64,000 bases of DNA from an uncultured Candidatus Binatia bacterium (GCA_965221155.1 OZ244869.1:5087627-5151626); one strand, 5' to 3'; counted from the stretch's first letter, positions 41,534 through 51,226 are shown. Notes: generated by a model from the sequence alone, not told the origin. A program made the numbers and translations.

Positions 41534-42985
41534 ATGACGGTATTCGTGGACACCCGTGCCGATCTCACGCTCGAAGCCGCCCGGCGGGTGGCCTGGGAAG
41601 GCGAAGGGGTCGAACTCGGCGCCAGGGCGCTCGCGGCAATGGCCCACGGCCGGGATCGGCTGGAACGCATTCTCGACCATGACCCGGAGGTCACGATCTA
41701 TGGTGTGACAACGGGTCCGGGCCAGCTCGCCGGGACGAAACTCACGCCTGAAGAACGCGAACAGTGGGCCGGCATGTCGCCGGTTGGAGCGGCGGTGTCC
41801 TGGGGCGATCTGCTGCCCGAACGCGTCGTACGCGCCATCGTCCTGGCGCGGCTGGCCAACTTCGTGGAGGGCCATGCGGGGGTATCGCCGGAGATTGCCC
41901 GGGGCGTTGCTGCCATGCTGGACGAGGACAAGATGCCCGGGGTCCCGACACAGGGCCAGGGCGGAGCGGGCGAGATCCTTTCGCTGAGCCACCTGTTCAC
42001 CGATCTGGCAGAGAAGGCGAAGCCCGCTGTCAAGGATGTGCTGTGCCTGATCAACGGGTCGCCGTCCGCCACGGGCCTTGTCACCGATGCCGCGCTTGTC
42101 GCCGAGAACCGGTTCGAGCTGGCGGCGCGGGTCTTTGCGCTGTCCTTTGAAGCGTTCAACGCGCCGCTCGACCATCTCGACGCCGCACTCGGCGAGTACT
42201 GGAACAACCCCCACGACAGATGGGCGCTGGCGCGCCTTCGCGAACTGGTGGGAGACGGTCACCGCGGGAAACGGCGCCCGTATCAGGCCCCCGTGAGTTA
42301 CCGCATCATTCCGCGGATGCTGGGCCAGGCCCGGCGCGCGGCGACCATGGCCGCCGAGGTCGCCGCGGAGTCGCTCCAGGCCGTGACGGACAACCCGGTA
42401 TGGATTGACGATGTCGACGAGGACCATCCCTTTGGCCGTTTCGTATCGACCGGCGGCTTCCATAACCCCCACGCGGTGCTCGCCATGGACGCCCTGACCG
42501 CCGCATGCGCCAATCTCTGCGTTCTGGCCGAACGACAGGGTGCGAAGCTCCTGGACGGCGCCGTCTCGTTGCTTCCCGATCAACTGGTCGTTCCCGAAGC
42601 CGGCGACGGTGTTCCTCGCTCCTACATGGGATGTTTGCCGATGGCCCAGACCGGTTACGAGGAAGAAGCCCGCCTCTACGCCCAGGCCACGCTGCTACCC
42701 GGCAGCGAATCGGGAGGATTCGGACAGAACGACGTGGCGAGCCCCGTTTTTCTGGCATGGTCCAAGCAGGACCGCGCTGGCCGGTGTCTCGACATGGCGC
42801 TTGCCACCCTTGTGCCGATCGCCCTGCGCGCCCTCGACGTCACCGACCGGCCGGTTCCGCCGCAACTGGCCGGACTCGAAACCACGGTCCGGGAGATCGT
42901 GCCGGATCTGGTACAGCGCAGGGCCTTCGGCCCCGTGGTGGCCTCGATCGTCGAGGCCTTGCGCCGCGAGGTCTATCCGGCGTAA
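41534..42985 (+). CDS. Aromatic amino acid ammonia-lyase (HAL/PAL) family protein lacking the ASG MIO tripeptide
   Basis: IYGVTTG.G, RAIVLARL, LING, YQAPVSYR..P, TDNP, STGGFH; the MIO loop reads GQGGAGEI. Confidence 0.85.
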   Translation: MTVFVDTRADLTLEAARRVAWEGEGVELGARALAAMAHGRDRLERILDHDPEVTIYGVTTGPGQLAGTKLTPEEREQWAGMSPVGAAVSWGDLLPERVVRAIVLARLANFVEGHAGVSPEIARGVAAMLDEDKMPGVPTQGQGGAGEILSLSHLFTDLAEKAKPAVKDVLCLINGSPSATGLVTDAALVAENRFELAARVFALSFEAFNAPLDHLDAALGEYWNNPHDRWALARLRELVGDGHRGKRRPYQAPVSYRIIPRMLGQARRAATMAAEVAAESLQAVTDNPVWIDDVDEDHPFGRFVSTGGFHNPHAVLAMDALTAACANLCVLAERQGAKLLDGAVSLLPDQLVVPEAGDGVPRSYMGCLPMAQTGYEEEARLYAQATLLPGSESGGFGQNDVASPVFLAWSKQDRAGRCLDMALATLVPIALRALDVTDRPVPPQLAGLETTVREIVPDLVQRRAFGPVVASIVEALRREVYPA

Positions 42986-43013
42986 CGCGAACCGGGCCGG
43001 CGCCGACGCCCCG

Positions 43014-43397
43014 TCACAACACGCTTGTGATATCCGTTTTCGCAAAATCCCTACCGACGTAAAGCAACGGACAGTCACTTGTCTTTGCGACTTCATAGGC
43101 AAAGCAGTCGCCGAAGTTCAGCCCGGCGGGATCAACGCCTTTGCCCCATTGTGCATAGGCCCCGGCGACCCGCCTCGCCACGGCCTGCGTGACGCTCACA
43201 ATTTCAAGGCCAAGGCCGTCGATGAGTTGGGCCATTTCGGCGCCGAGGCCCCTCCGTTCAGCAACAATCAAGGCCTCAGCGACGGTTGCGGCGGAAACCA
43301 CGATCTGATCGTTTGTGGCCAAGGCCGCCGCGCAGGCCGCCGTCTCGGGTTCATCCAACAGAACCGCCATCAGGGCCGAGGTGTCGACCGCGATCAT
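43014..43397 (-). CDS. vapC: VapC PIN toxin
   Basis: IAVDTSALMA, GLNFGDCFAY, LLYVGRDF..TD. Confidence 0.92.
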   Translation of the reverse strand: MIAVDTSALMAVLLDEPETAACAAALATNDQIVVSAATVAEALIVAERRGLGAEMAQLIDGLGLEIVSVTQAVARRVAGAYAQWGKGVDPAGLNFGDCFAYEVAKTSDCPLLYVGRDFAKTDITSVL

Positions 43398-43651
43398 TTC
43401 GGCAAGCCGTCGTCATCGTAGAGGAAATCCTGACTGCGCGCTGAAGTGGCTCCCGCCGTCCGTTTGTCCTCGGCGGCCGCCTGCATGACGGCGATCACCG
43501 TACGGCGCGCGTCGGCATTGGGCTGTGGCTGTACCCGCACCAGCCTGACGGTCGCCTTGCCATGACGGGTAAGCACCACCTCATCGCCCGCCTCCGCACG
43601 CCGAACAAGCTCGGTCAATTGTCCTTTCGCTTCACTGACGGAGATCCGCAC
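43394..43651 (-). CDS. Phd/YefM family antitoxin
   Basis: SVSEAKGQLTELVRRAEAGDEVVLTRHGK. Confidence 0.92.
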   Translation of the reverse strand: MRISVSEAKGQLTELVRRAEAGDEVVLTRHGKATVRLVRVQPQPNADARRTVIAVMQAAAEDKRTAGATSARSQDFLYDDDGLPK

Positions 43652-43688
43652 CGGCTGCCCCCTTCCTTGTCAAGTATCGGCTTTCAAC

Positions 43689-43717
43689 AGTATGGTCCAA
43701 TTCATGGTCCATTACAA
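43689..43717 (-). promoter_or_regulatory. Promoter/operator of the phd-vapC operon
   Basis: TTGTAA-N17-CATACT on the minus strand with two TGGACCAT direct repeats. Confidence 0.6.
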
Positions 43718-43991
43718 GATAACCGCGCCCTGGAGCCTCACGAAGCCTCCTCGTATTGAACTGCCGGAGGCACCGGCTATGCCTCCCGAACCGGCAGGCT
43801 GACCTCGAAGCATCCACAGCAAAGATCGCAACGATCAAGCTCCAGAACAAGGTCGGGGGATTGATACGCATGGCTCCTCCTCGGAAGAACGGCACCTGCC
43901 GGTTACCGTAGACCAAGGCACTATAGAGCCGCGCGGTTTCCCACCTTTGTCCGGTAGGTAAAAAATTGTGAAGGCGTCGAGGGGAAGGCCA

Positions 43992-44180
43992 CTAGTGTGG
44001 TGTCTCACAAATACGCTTATGAATCTGCGAGGGCATTTTGGTTGTCGGCAAGGCGTCCTTCGACTCCGCTTCGCTACGCTCAGGACGAGCAGTGGCGGGC
44101 ACCACGCGAGGAAGAGCAACGCAGCCGACGGCCAAAAGGACCCGCAGATTCATAAGCGTATTTGTGAGACACCACACTAG
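43992..44180. mobile_element. MITE-like element, copy 2 (189 bp)
   Basis: Same orientation as copy 1; two substitutions seen by eye. Confidence 0.85.
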
Positions 44181-44204
44181 GAGCGTCAATCAGCCGTGCG
44201 GGCT

Positions 44205-44258
44205 CGGGCGGGTTTGAAACCCGCCCCTACATCGGACGTCGGGGTCCTGCGGCGCGGG
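44205..44258. repeat. REP plus the tail of the 113-bp unit
   Basis: REP followed by TCGGACGTCGGGGTCCTGCGGCGC, close to the reverse complement of the unit tail at 17945-17972. Confidence 0.8.
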
Positions 44259-44261
44259 CCA

Positions 44262-44497
44262 CTAGCAGGCTCTGTCAAAACCCTACTTCGGAGCACGGAA
44301 CGCCAATCCGTCATTCCCGCGCCCCTCCCGTCATTCCCGCGAAAGCGGGAATCCAGGGGTGGTGGAGGGGTGCTACAGCGGCGTTTCCCCGCTCCACCCC
44401 GCCTGGATTCCCGCTTTCGCGGGAATGACGGAGGGGTGCGGGAATGACGATTCGGGGGCCGTTGCCTTTCTCGGATGGGGTTTTGTCAGCCTGCTAG
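44262..44497. mobile_element. Second CTAG-bounded MITE-like element carrying family C hairpins
   Basis: Imperfect TIR CTAGCAGGCT..CAAAACCC / GGGTTTTGTCAGCCTGCTAG; inside, an inverted pair of GTCATTCCCGCGAAAGCGGGAATCCAG. Confidence 0.75.
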
Positions 44498-47400
44498 GAT
44501 TTAAGCGCCCACTCCCACCAGCGCTTGAGGCAGTCGTTGGCGACGCCGTCCGGCAGTCGGTCGGCTGCCGGGGTGGTCCGTGCGCGAAGCAGCAATTCGT
44601 CCTCGGTGAGAACGGGGCGGTCGTCGAGATAACCGGTTTCGGCCAGATAACGCTGAAGTTTCTCGAAGCTATTCTGCCGAAAACCTCGCAGGCGCGGGTC
44701 CTTGTTCTCATCGAGCGCGGCGAGAAGCCTCTCCGGATCGCCATCCAGTTCGCCGGCAATGGCAACCACGTCCTCGAAGAAATGGTCGGTCAGGGCGCCG
44801 CTGTCTTCGAGCGCGTCGCGACCCACGGACCGACTCCTTCCCTGCTCCCACAGCTCGCAAAAGACCTCGAGCAGGTCCAGCCTCGACGTAATTTCCGCCG
44901 GAGGGACCGAACGGGAGCCCAACCTCTCGGCGAGCGCAGTGCCTGACACCGTTTCCCACTGTCCCGCTCGCTCGATTCCGTTCAAGAGAAAATCATGCAA
45001 CAGGTCCGGATTGTCCCACAGGACGTAAAAGAAATGCTGCTCGGTGCAGCCGAGCGCGGGACGGAATGCCGGCACCCCGAGAACCGCTCCATATTCCTCG
45101 GGCGACAACCCGTTGGGCGCCGGAACCGTCGGTCCCGGATCGACGCGGAGCACATCCGCTCCGCTCACGCTGACCGCGTTCGTTCGGATCAGGCCCAGAT
45201 CGATCTCGGCGGCGATGTCGCAGGCCTCCTTGCCGAGCGCATCCCGAATCCGGTCGACATCGAGAGGGTCGCTGGTGAGATAAAAGATCTGGCGGCCCTG
45301 GTCTCTGGCGACGCACCCGAGACTTCGTACGATGGCCTCGAACCGTTTGGGGTCGCTTTGGTCGAGCGCTTCGTCGAGAAACAGCGGCAGGACCTTTCCC
45401 TGCTCCGCCTCCTCGGCGAACGCGATTCGTGCGGCCAACAGCAACTGCGCCCGCGTGCCGTCCGAGAGCTCATCGAGTTCCCGTACTTCTCCGCTGCGCG
45501 ACTCACGAGCAAAGAGCCGGGGAGTCCCGTCGCCCTTGCCCAGCTCCAGTTTATAGTGGTGATAGGTGAACATGGAAAAATGGTCACGTGCGCGTTCGAA
45601 GACGCGGGGCATCCGGGTATGCTCGTATTCATCCTCGGCCGCGTGGATGAGGAATTTCCCTGCTTTCGCGTACAGCGCCTCGTCGCGGAGATCCCGCAAT
45701 TTGGCCCGGGCATCTTCACGGACCGCAATGACGTCCTGCATGGCGTTGCCGCTTCTTGCCGCGTTCATCTCGGCAAGAATCTCGGCAATCTCGTTCCTCA
45801 ATTGGCTCGCTCTCGTCTCCAGGTGCGACAAATCCTCCTTGAACCGCTCGAGGGACTGCCGGTCGCATTCGGCCAATTCCGATTCCCCGGCTTTCTCAAG
45901 CTCGGTGCAATCGAGACCGATCTGGCCTTCAAGGATTGTCTTTTCGCTCATCAGGTGGCGATAGCGCTGCAATGAATTGAGTCGTGATATGAGGCCGTTC
46001 AGATCCCCCTCACTGAGGGCCGCCTCCCCATAGATCCGTCTGATGGAACCGAGAGTCGCCTCGCGGTCGGCGGTATGCTCCTCGATTTGACCTGTCATCG
46101 TCTGTTGGTCGGAGATTGCCTGCACCAGCCGCGAGTTCCGGTTCACGAGGTTATTGATCCGCGCCCCGGCCGTTGCGGCATCTCCAGGCCGCGGTTCGCC
46201 ATGCTGTTCCAGAATGCCGGCCAGGTCGGCCAAAAGAGCGGCATACTTTCGTTCAAGGCCTTCCACCTTGCCTGCCGCGGCTTCGTCGTTGCCACGGGCC
46301 AGACGGACGTGGTCGAGAGCGCGTGCAAAGTCCACGAGCTCGGCGTCGGGAGGAAGCGTATCAAGGCCAAGTCTGCCTTTGAGTTCCTCTCTGCGGGCAT
46401 CGAGAGCGGCTCTTGGTTCGGACAAACCCTCCAGTTCGTTTTCGAGCGCTTGCCGTTCCACGCCACGGTCACGCGCCCGCTGCAAAGAGGACTCGAGCAC
46501 CGCGGTTTGGCGCTCCAGGCCGCGCAGTCGTGACTCCACGGACGGAAGATCCCATTTGCCGGGTTGTTCAAGGCTCAGCTTCTCAAATGCAGCCCGCGCG
46601 GCCTGTCTGGCGGCCTTGGAGCTTCGCCGATTGCCTACCAGCAACACCGCCAGGGCGATGCCACCGGCCAGACCTCCAAGCGGTCCGGCGAACGGGACCA
46701 GGTCGGGCGGCACCGGCACCTGCGCCTGCACCGCCAAGGCGATCCTGGTGCCCAGATCTCCAAGCAGGGCTGAGGGCGGATCGACGAGGACGGCCAGTCC
46801 GGCGCTGGCCAACAGCATCGCGAGGGCCAACAGGAGCCAGGGCCACCGGGTACGGAGCCTGTTGGCGAGACGGTCAGGTTCGGGCACCCGCAGCCAGGAA
46901 CGTAGAGCTTCCATGGCGTCCCGCGACGTTTCGAAGACTCGGTCGCCGTCTTCGGGTGTATCCACGCGCTCAAGTAGACGGAGCCTTTCGTGGATGGCGC
47001 CGGCCCGGGCATCATTTGCGTGGCTTGAACGCAGGAAATCGAACAGCTCGCCATGCTCGGGCAGAGTCAGGGCGATAGGGTCGACATCGCCACGACCTAT
47101 CGCGGACAAAGCCGAGGCAAGCCCCCTTCGGGTAGCCCCGCGTTCGCTTCTTGCCGCATCAAGCTCCAGTTCGATGCGTCGCAACTCGTCCGCATTCTCG
47201 CGCCAGGCCGCAAGATCGGCCTGCTCTATCGGGCTGTCAAGAGCGGTTTTCTGTCGAGCCTCGCGAACCTTGCGCAGCTCCTCTTGCAGAGAACGCACCC
47301 GTTCCGCGAGCGTATCCGCCTGTTCCTGGTGCCGCGCGACGTCCTCGACCTCCTTGCCCGTCATCCTCGCCAGTGCGCCGGGCAAAGCCTCGATCTGCTC

Positions 47401-48060
47401 CACGACGCCGGCAAGCTCTTCCCGGCGGCGCGCAAGTCCGATGGCACGTTCGACAAGGGCGAGCCGACGGGTGGCGGCTTCCGCCTCATCGAGCCGGCCC
47501 CTCAGTCTTCCAATTTCATCCGCGCGCCGCTGGAGACCGGTCTGCCTTGCGAGCGCCTTCTGCACTTCGTCCGACGCCCTGTTGAAATCGTTGCGTTGGC
47601 GGCGACTGTGGTAGCGGGTCACGCCGGGGAACAGGTCGGAGGCAATCTTGTCCAGATCGAATCCGCCGGACATCTGCCGCCGAATATCCGAGGCGATGTC
47701 GGCTGTGCCGTCCCGAGACGGATCGATCAAATCCCGGAGGTGCAGAAAGAAACAGCGGTGGTTATGGGATGGGGGAAGATTTGGCGAAACGGTGCTCTCG
47801 CCGCCGCGTTGCCAGGTGATGCGCTTCCCTTCGCGCTGCCCCCACCACGATTCTCCGTCCCATTCGAACTCGCCGTTTACCGACGTAAACGCAGAGGAGC
47901 CGCGGTCTTCCCAGTACAATCCCTTGATGGCGCGACAGATGCTCGACTTGCCGATCCCGTTCGGCCCGTATACGACGTGGAAACCCGGTCCCGCCGCTTC
48001 GATTTCAAACGGTTGGCTGATACCCGGCAGCCGATTGATGGCGAGCCGCTTCAGTATCAC
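44494..48060 (-). CDS. YhaN/SbcC-like SMC-type ATPase with internal hydrophobic segments
   Basis: YGPNGIGKS, long coiled coils, LSDGTRAQL signature, LFLDEALD. Confidence 0.88.
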   Translation of the reverse strand: MILKRLAINRLPGISQPFEIEAAGPGFHVVYGPNGIGKSSICRAIKGLYWEDRGSSAFTSVNGEFEWDGESWWGQREGKRITWQRGGESTVSPNLPPSHNHRCFFLHLRDLIDPSRDGTADIASDIRRQMSGGFDLDKIASDLFPGVTRYHSRRQRNDFNRASDEVQKALARQTGLQRRADEIGRLRGRLDEAEAATRRLALVERAIGLARRREELAGVVEQIEALPGALARMTGKEVEDVARHQEQADTLAERVRSLQEELRKVREARQKTALDSPIEQADLAAWRENADELRRIELELDAARSERGATRRGLASALSAIGRGDVDPIALTLPEHGELFDFLRSSHANDARAGAIHERLRLLERVDTPEDGDRVFETSRDAMEALRSWLRVPEPDRLANRLRTRWPWLLLALAMLLASAGLAVLVDPPSALLGDLGTRIALAVQAQVPVPPDLVPFAGPLGGLAGGIALAVLLVGNRRSSKAARQAARAAFEKLSLEQPGKWDLPSVESRLRGLERQTAVLESSLQRARDRGVERQALENELEGLSEPRAALDARREELKGRLGLDTLPPDAELVDFARALDHVRLARGNDEAAAGKVEGLERKYAALLADLAGILEQHGEPRPGDAATAGARINNLVNRNSRLVQAISDQQTMTGQIEEHTADREATLGSIRRIYGEAALSEGDLNGLISRLNSLQRYRHLMSEKTILEGQIGLDCTELEKAGESELAECDRQSLERFKEDLSHLETRASQLRNEIAEILAEMNAARSGNAMQDVIAVREDARAKLRDLRDEALYAKAGKFLIHAAEDEYEHTRMPRVFERARDHFSMFTYHHYKLELGKGDGTPRLFARESRSGEVRELDELSDGTRAQLLLAARIAFAEEAEQGKVLPLFLDEALDQSDPKRFEAIVRSLGCVARDQGRQIFYLTSDPLDVDRIRDALGKEACDIAAEIDLGLIRTNAVSVSGADVLRVDPGPTVPAPNGLSPEEYGAVLGVPAFRPALGCTEQHFFYVLWDNPDLLHDFLLNGIERAGQWETVSGTALAERLGSRSVPPAEITSRLDLLEVFCELWEQGRSRSVGRDALEDSGALTDHFFEDVVAIAGELDGDPERLLAALDENKDPRLRGFRQNSFEKLQRYLAETGYLDDRPVLTEDELLLRARTTPAADRLPDGVANDCLKRWWEWALKS

Positions 48061-49400
48061 GCCGGACCGCCTTGCTCGCGGCCGGAAAGCATGGTGTTCA
48101 AGGCCGCCTTCCCCGCCTGGAAGAGAACCTCACGCAGGGCATCGTCCGACAACGGATCCGTGGCGTTGCGATGTTCGTGAACGGGCTGCCAGACAGGCTC
48201 TCCGGCGAGTTCGGTCAACTCCGCGCGCGCCTTGTCGAGCAGCGCCCTCGACCGGTCATCGTCGTACCTGAGCATCAGGAGCCGTTGCGCCATCAGAGCC
48301 GCGGGATCATCTCCTGAAGCGATTTCCGCGAGGTTCAACCGCAGCTCCATCGAGTCGATGATTCTGTTGAAGAAGACGGCCGCGCCGTCGACGATTCGCC
48401 CCATCGAGTTCCACTCCCCGCCTGCAATCCACCGTCGGATTTCCTCAAAACAGCCGCTTGTCCCGGTGAGTTGCACGCGCAGACCGAGCGCGCGGGGAAG
48501 GGGGGCGCCTTCTCCGAGTCGGCGGACGAGTCTCTCCGCTTCCCTCATCAGCCTGTCGCGTACATCGTCGAGATGCTCGAGCCCGTCCACTCGCACGGCC
48601 ATAGGCTCCCATCGCAGGGGCGCGAGGGGGACCTGCCTGAGGTCGATGTTGCCGTCATGGGACACGTCCAGGAGCCAGGGGCCATGGGGGCCCGTTTCCG
48701 ACGGGTCGAGCCCGACAAGTGAACCGAGATAACCGCATGGCCGGGTGCCCGCCGACGCGGATAGCGTCCCGAGTGACGGCTTGTGGATGTGGCCCAGAAG
48801 CCAGGCGTCGTAGCCGGTGTCGTCAAGCTCGGCCTGCCTGATGGGCGCGTAGTGCCCGCCGGACGCGTCCAGATCGGCGTGCAGCAGACCGATCCTGGCA
48901 ACGGGAGGCGACGGCGCCGGAAGCGGCTGCTTCAGCAGTTCCGCCACCGGGCTTTGGCGCACGCGCGCTTCACGGAAAGACCAGCCGACAACCTGGACAA
49001 CCGGAGACCCGTCCTTCGATATCATTCTCGCTTCCCACTGGCCGCCGGCACCCAGCAGGGTGAAACCGTCGATCAGCGCCGCGAGCCGCGGCAATGCCTC
49101 GACATCGTGGTTGCCGGCCACGGCGATGACCTCGATCCCGGCGTCCAACAGGCGCCGGACGCCTTCCTCAAGCGGCGCCATTGCCTCGAATCTGGCATTG
49201 GTGCTTTCAACAACGTCGCCGGCAAACAGCACCGCGTCGATCCGGTTTTCAATCGCCAAATCCACAGAAAGTCGGAGCGCGGCCGCGGGCGCAAGTTCTT
49301 CCACGGCTACGCCGAGGGATGCAATCCCGTCGGGCACGCCCGAACAGACCGTGCCGAGGTGAACGTCGCCGATTGCGAGGATGGAAGTGCCTTCGTTCAT
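48057..49400 (-). CDS. YhaO/SbcD/Mre11-like metallophosphoesterase nuclease
   Basis: GDVHLG, AGDVV, GNHD, LLH, LGHIH. Confidence 0.9.
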   Translation of the reverse strand: MNEGTSILAIGDVHLGTVCSGVPDGIASLGVAVEELAPAAALRLSVDLAIENRIDAVLFAGDVVESTNARFEAMAPLEEGVRRLLDAGIEVIAVAGNHDVEALPRLAALIDGFTLLGAGGQWEARMISKDGSPVVQVVGWSFREARVRQSPVAELLKQPLPAPSPPVARIGLLHADLDASGGHYAPIRQAELDDTGYDAWLLGHIHKPSLGTLSASAGTRPCGYLGSLVGLDPSETGPHGPWLLDVSHDGNIDLRQVPLAPLRWEPMAVRVDGLEHLDDVRDRLMREAERLVRRLGEGAPLPRALGLRVQLTGTSGCFEEIRRWIAGGEWNSMGRIVDGAAVFFNRIIDSMELRLNLAEIASGDDPAALMAQRLLMLRYDDDRSRALLDKARAELTELAGEPVWQPVHEHRNATDPLSDDALREVLFQAGKAALNTMLSGREQGGPA

Positions 49401-49421
49401 TTTGTTGACCTGACCGACCCG

Positions 49422-49605
49422 CTAGTGTTGTGTCTCACAAACAGTTTACGAATGCGCTGAAATTTTGGTTGTCGGCAAGGCGCGATGACTTGTAGGCGCG
49501 GGTTTCAACCCCGCCCGTGTGGCGTGCACCACACGAGGAAAAGCTTCGCAACTGACGACAGAAAATGCACAGATTTGTAAACTTGTTTCTGAGACACCAC
49601 GCTAG
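49422..49605. mobile_element. MITE-like element, diverged copy 3 with a REP core
   Basis: CTAGTGTTGTGTCTCACAAAC...GTTTCTGAGACACCACGCTAG; interior GGCAAGGCG-[degenerate REP]-CCACACGAGGAAAAG. Confidence 0.8.
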
Positions 49606-49922
49606 CGCTCGGAAAATATACATTTGGGCCGAATTGATTGCAACGGAACCGACGGCGCCGAGTAGGCATTTCGTTTGTCGCTTCTTCTACATAGTGGCGA
49701 CCATGGACTGCTCATCGTCACCGGCTACCGGCCGAACGAGATTTGGATGCTAAGCTGAGAGAAGACCAAGCGGCTGCAAAAGCGGTCATAATATAGGTCT
49801 TCAAACTAACTGGTAGACAAAATAACCTTTTGTTATTGCTATACTATGGACGATATGGAAAAGGACATGAAAACGGTCATACTGGCGGCCTCACGCAAAG
49901 CAGATGACCGCAAGGAAACCAC

Positions 49923-51083
49923 ATGGAGCCTCTGCTGATCGCAGAAGGCTCAAGGCACCGCACCGGGTTGACCGACTTCGCCGTTGAACTGGCCGCGCGA
50001 TCCGCAGGCTTCACCCGCAGCCTGCCGCTAGGTGTACACCCGGCGCTTGGGACGCTGGTCCGGGCGATGAACTGCTACTATAGCAACTTGATCGAGGGAC
50101 ACGACACTCATCCCGTCGATATCGAGCGCGCGCTGAAGGGCGACTACAGCGCCGAGCCGGAAAAGCGCAGTCCCCAGCTTGAGGCGGAGGCCCACGTCGC
50201 AGTACAGGAATGGATCGACGGCGGCGGGATCGAGGGCCGCACGGCCACCACCGCCGGCCTGATGGAAATCCACCGCCGATTCTGCGAGCGACTCCCCGAA
50301 GAACTGCTGTGGGTCGAAGAGCCGGACACAAGAGAGCGCCTTCGGGTCGATCCTGGTGCGCTACGCGAACGACATGTGCAGGTCGGCCGGCACATCCCGG
50401 TGAGTCCGGGCGCGGTGCCGCGTTTCCTGGACCGGTTCGAAGCTGCCTACAGCAATCTTGGCAAAGCCGACACGATCCTGGCTTCCGCCGCCGCGCATCA
50501 CCGTCTGCTGTGGATTCACCCGTTCCTCGACGGCAATGGGCGTGTCGCCCGCCTGATGTCCTACGCCATGCTGCGGACGTTCTCGATACTGGCGGTGTCT
50601 GGTCCATCGCACGGGGCCTCGCGCAACGTCGAAGACTACAAGATGTTACTTGCCGCTTGCGACGCGCCTCGCCGCAACGACCTCGATGGACGAGGCGACT
50701 TGAGCGAAGAGGCGTTGGCGGAATTCACTCGGTTCTTTCTCCAAGTGTGCATCGATCAGGTGAAAGTCATGGAGAACCTGATGGCCCCGGACCGGCTGCG
50801 GACCCGAATCCTGATCTGGGTCGAAGAGGAAGTGCGGGTCGGCGCCCTGCCGCCGAAATCCGGCGCCGTGCTCGCGGCGGTCCTATTCCGGGGGGAACTG
50901 CCGCGTGGCGATGTTGCTGCAATCCTGGGGACCAGGGAGCGACAGGCACGCCGGGTGACCGCCGCACTGCTGGAGGGCGAAATATTGGTGTCGGAAAGTT
51001 CGCGTGCACCTCTGCGATTGGCTTTCCCGGCAAGGCATGCCTCGCGTTGGATGCCCGGATTGTTTCCTGAAAACCCTGAGTGA
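49923..51083 (+). CDS. Fic family protein, probably damaged by compensating frameshifts
   Basis: YYSNLIEG, HPFLDGNGRVAR; about 50575-50622 the expected DTGGVWSIARGL is in another frame; a possible N-terminus at 49847 is out of frame. Confidence 0.8.
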   Translation: MEPLLIAEGSRHRTGLTDFAVELAARSAGFTRSLPLGVHPALGTLVRAMNCYYSNLIEGHDTHPVDIERALKGDYSAEPEKRSPQLEAEAHVAVQEWIDGGGIEGRTATTAGLMEIHRRFCERLPEELLWVEEPDTRERLRVDPGALRERHVQVGRHIPVSPGAVPRFLDRFEAAYSNLGKADTILASAAAHHRLLWIHPFLDGNGRVARLMSYAMLRTFSILAVSGPSHGASRNVEDYKMLLAACDAPRRNDLDGRGDLSEEALAEFTRFFLQVCIDQVKVMENLMAPDRLRTRILIWVEEEVRVGALPPKSGAVLAAVLFRGELPRGDVAAILGTRERQARRVTAALLEGEILVSESSRAPLRLAFPARHASRWMPGLFPENPE

Positions 51084-51141
51084 CCCAAAGTTATGGAAAC
51101 TTCCGTGAGGTTTAAGAAGATGCGCGGGGATTTGTGCCGTC

Positions 51142-51226
51142 CGCAAGGCGTGATGACCTGTAGGGGCGGGTTTCAAACCCGCCCGTGCGGCGTGCACCAC
51201 GCGAGCAAGAGCAACGCAGCCGACGA
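51142..51226 (+). repeat. REP-containing chassis repeat
   Basis: GCAAGGCG-TGATGACC-[REP 51159-51186]-CACCACGCGAGCAAGAGCAACGCAGCCGAC. Confidence 0.8.
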
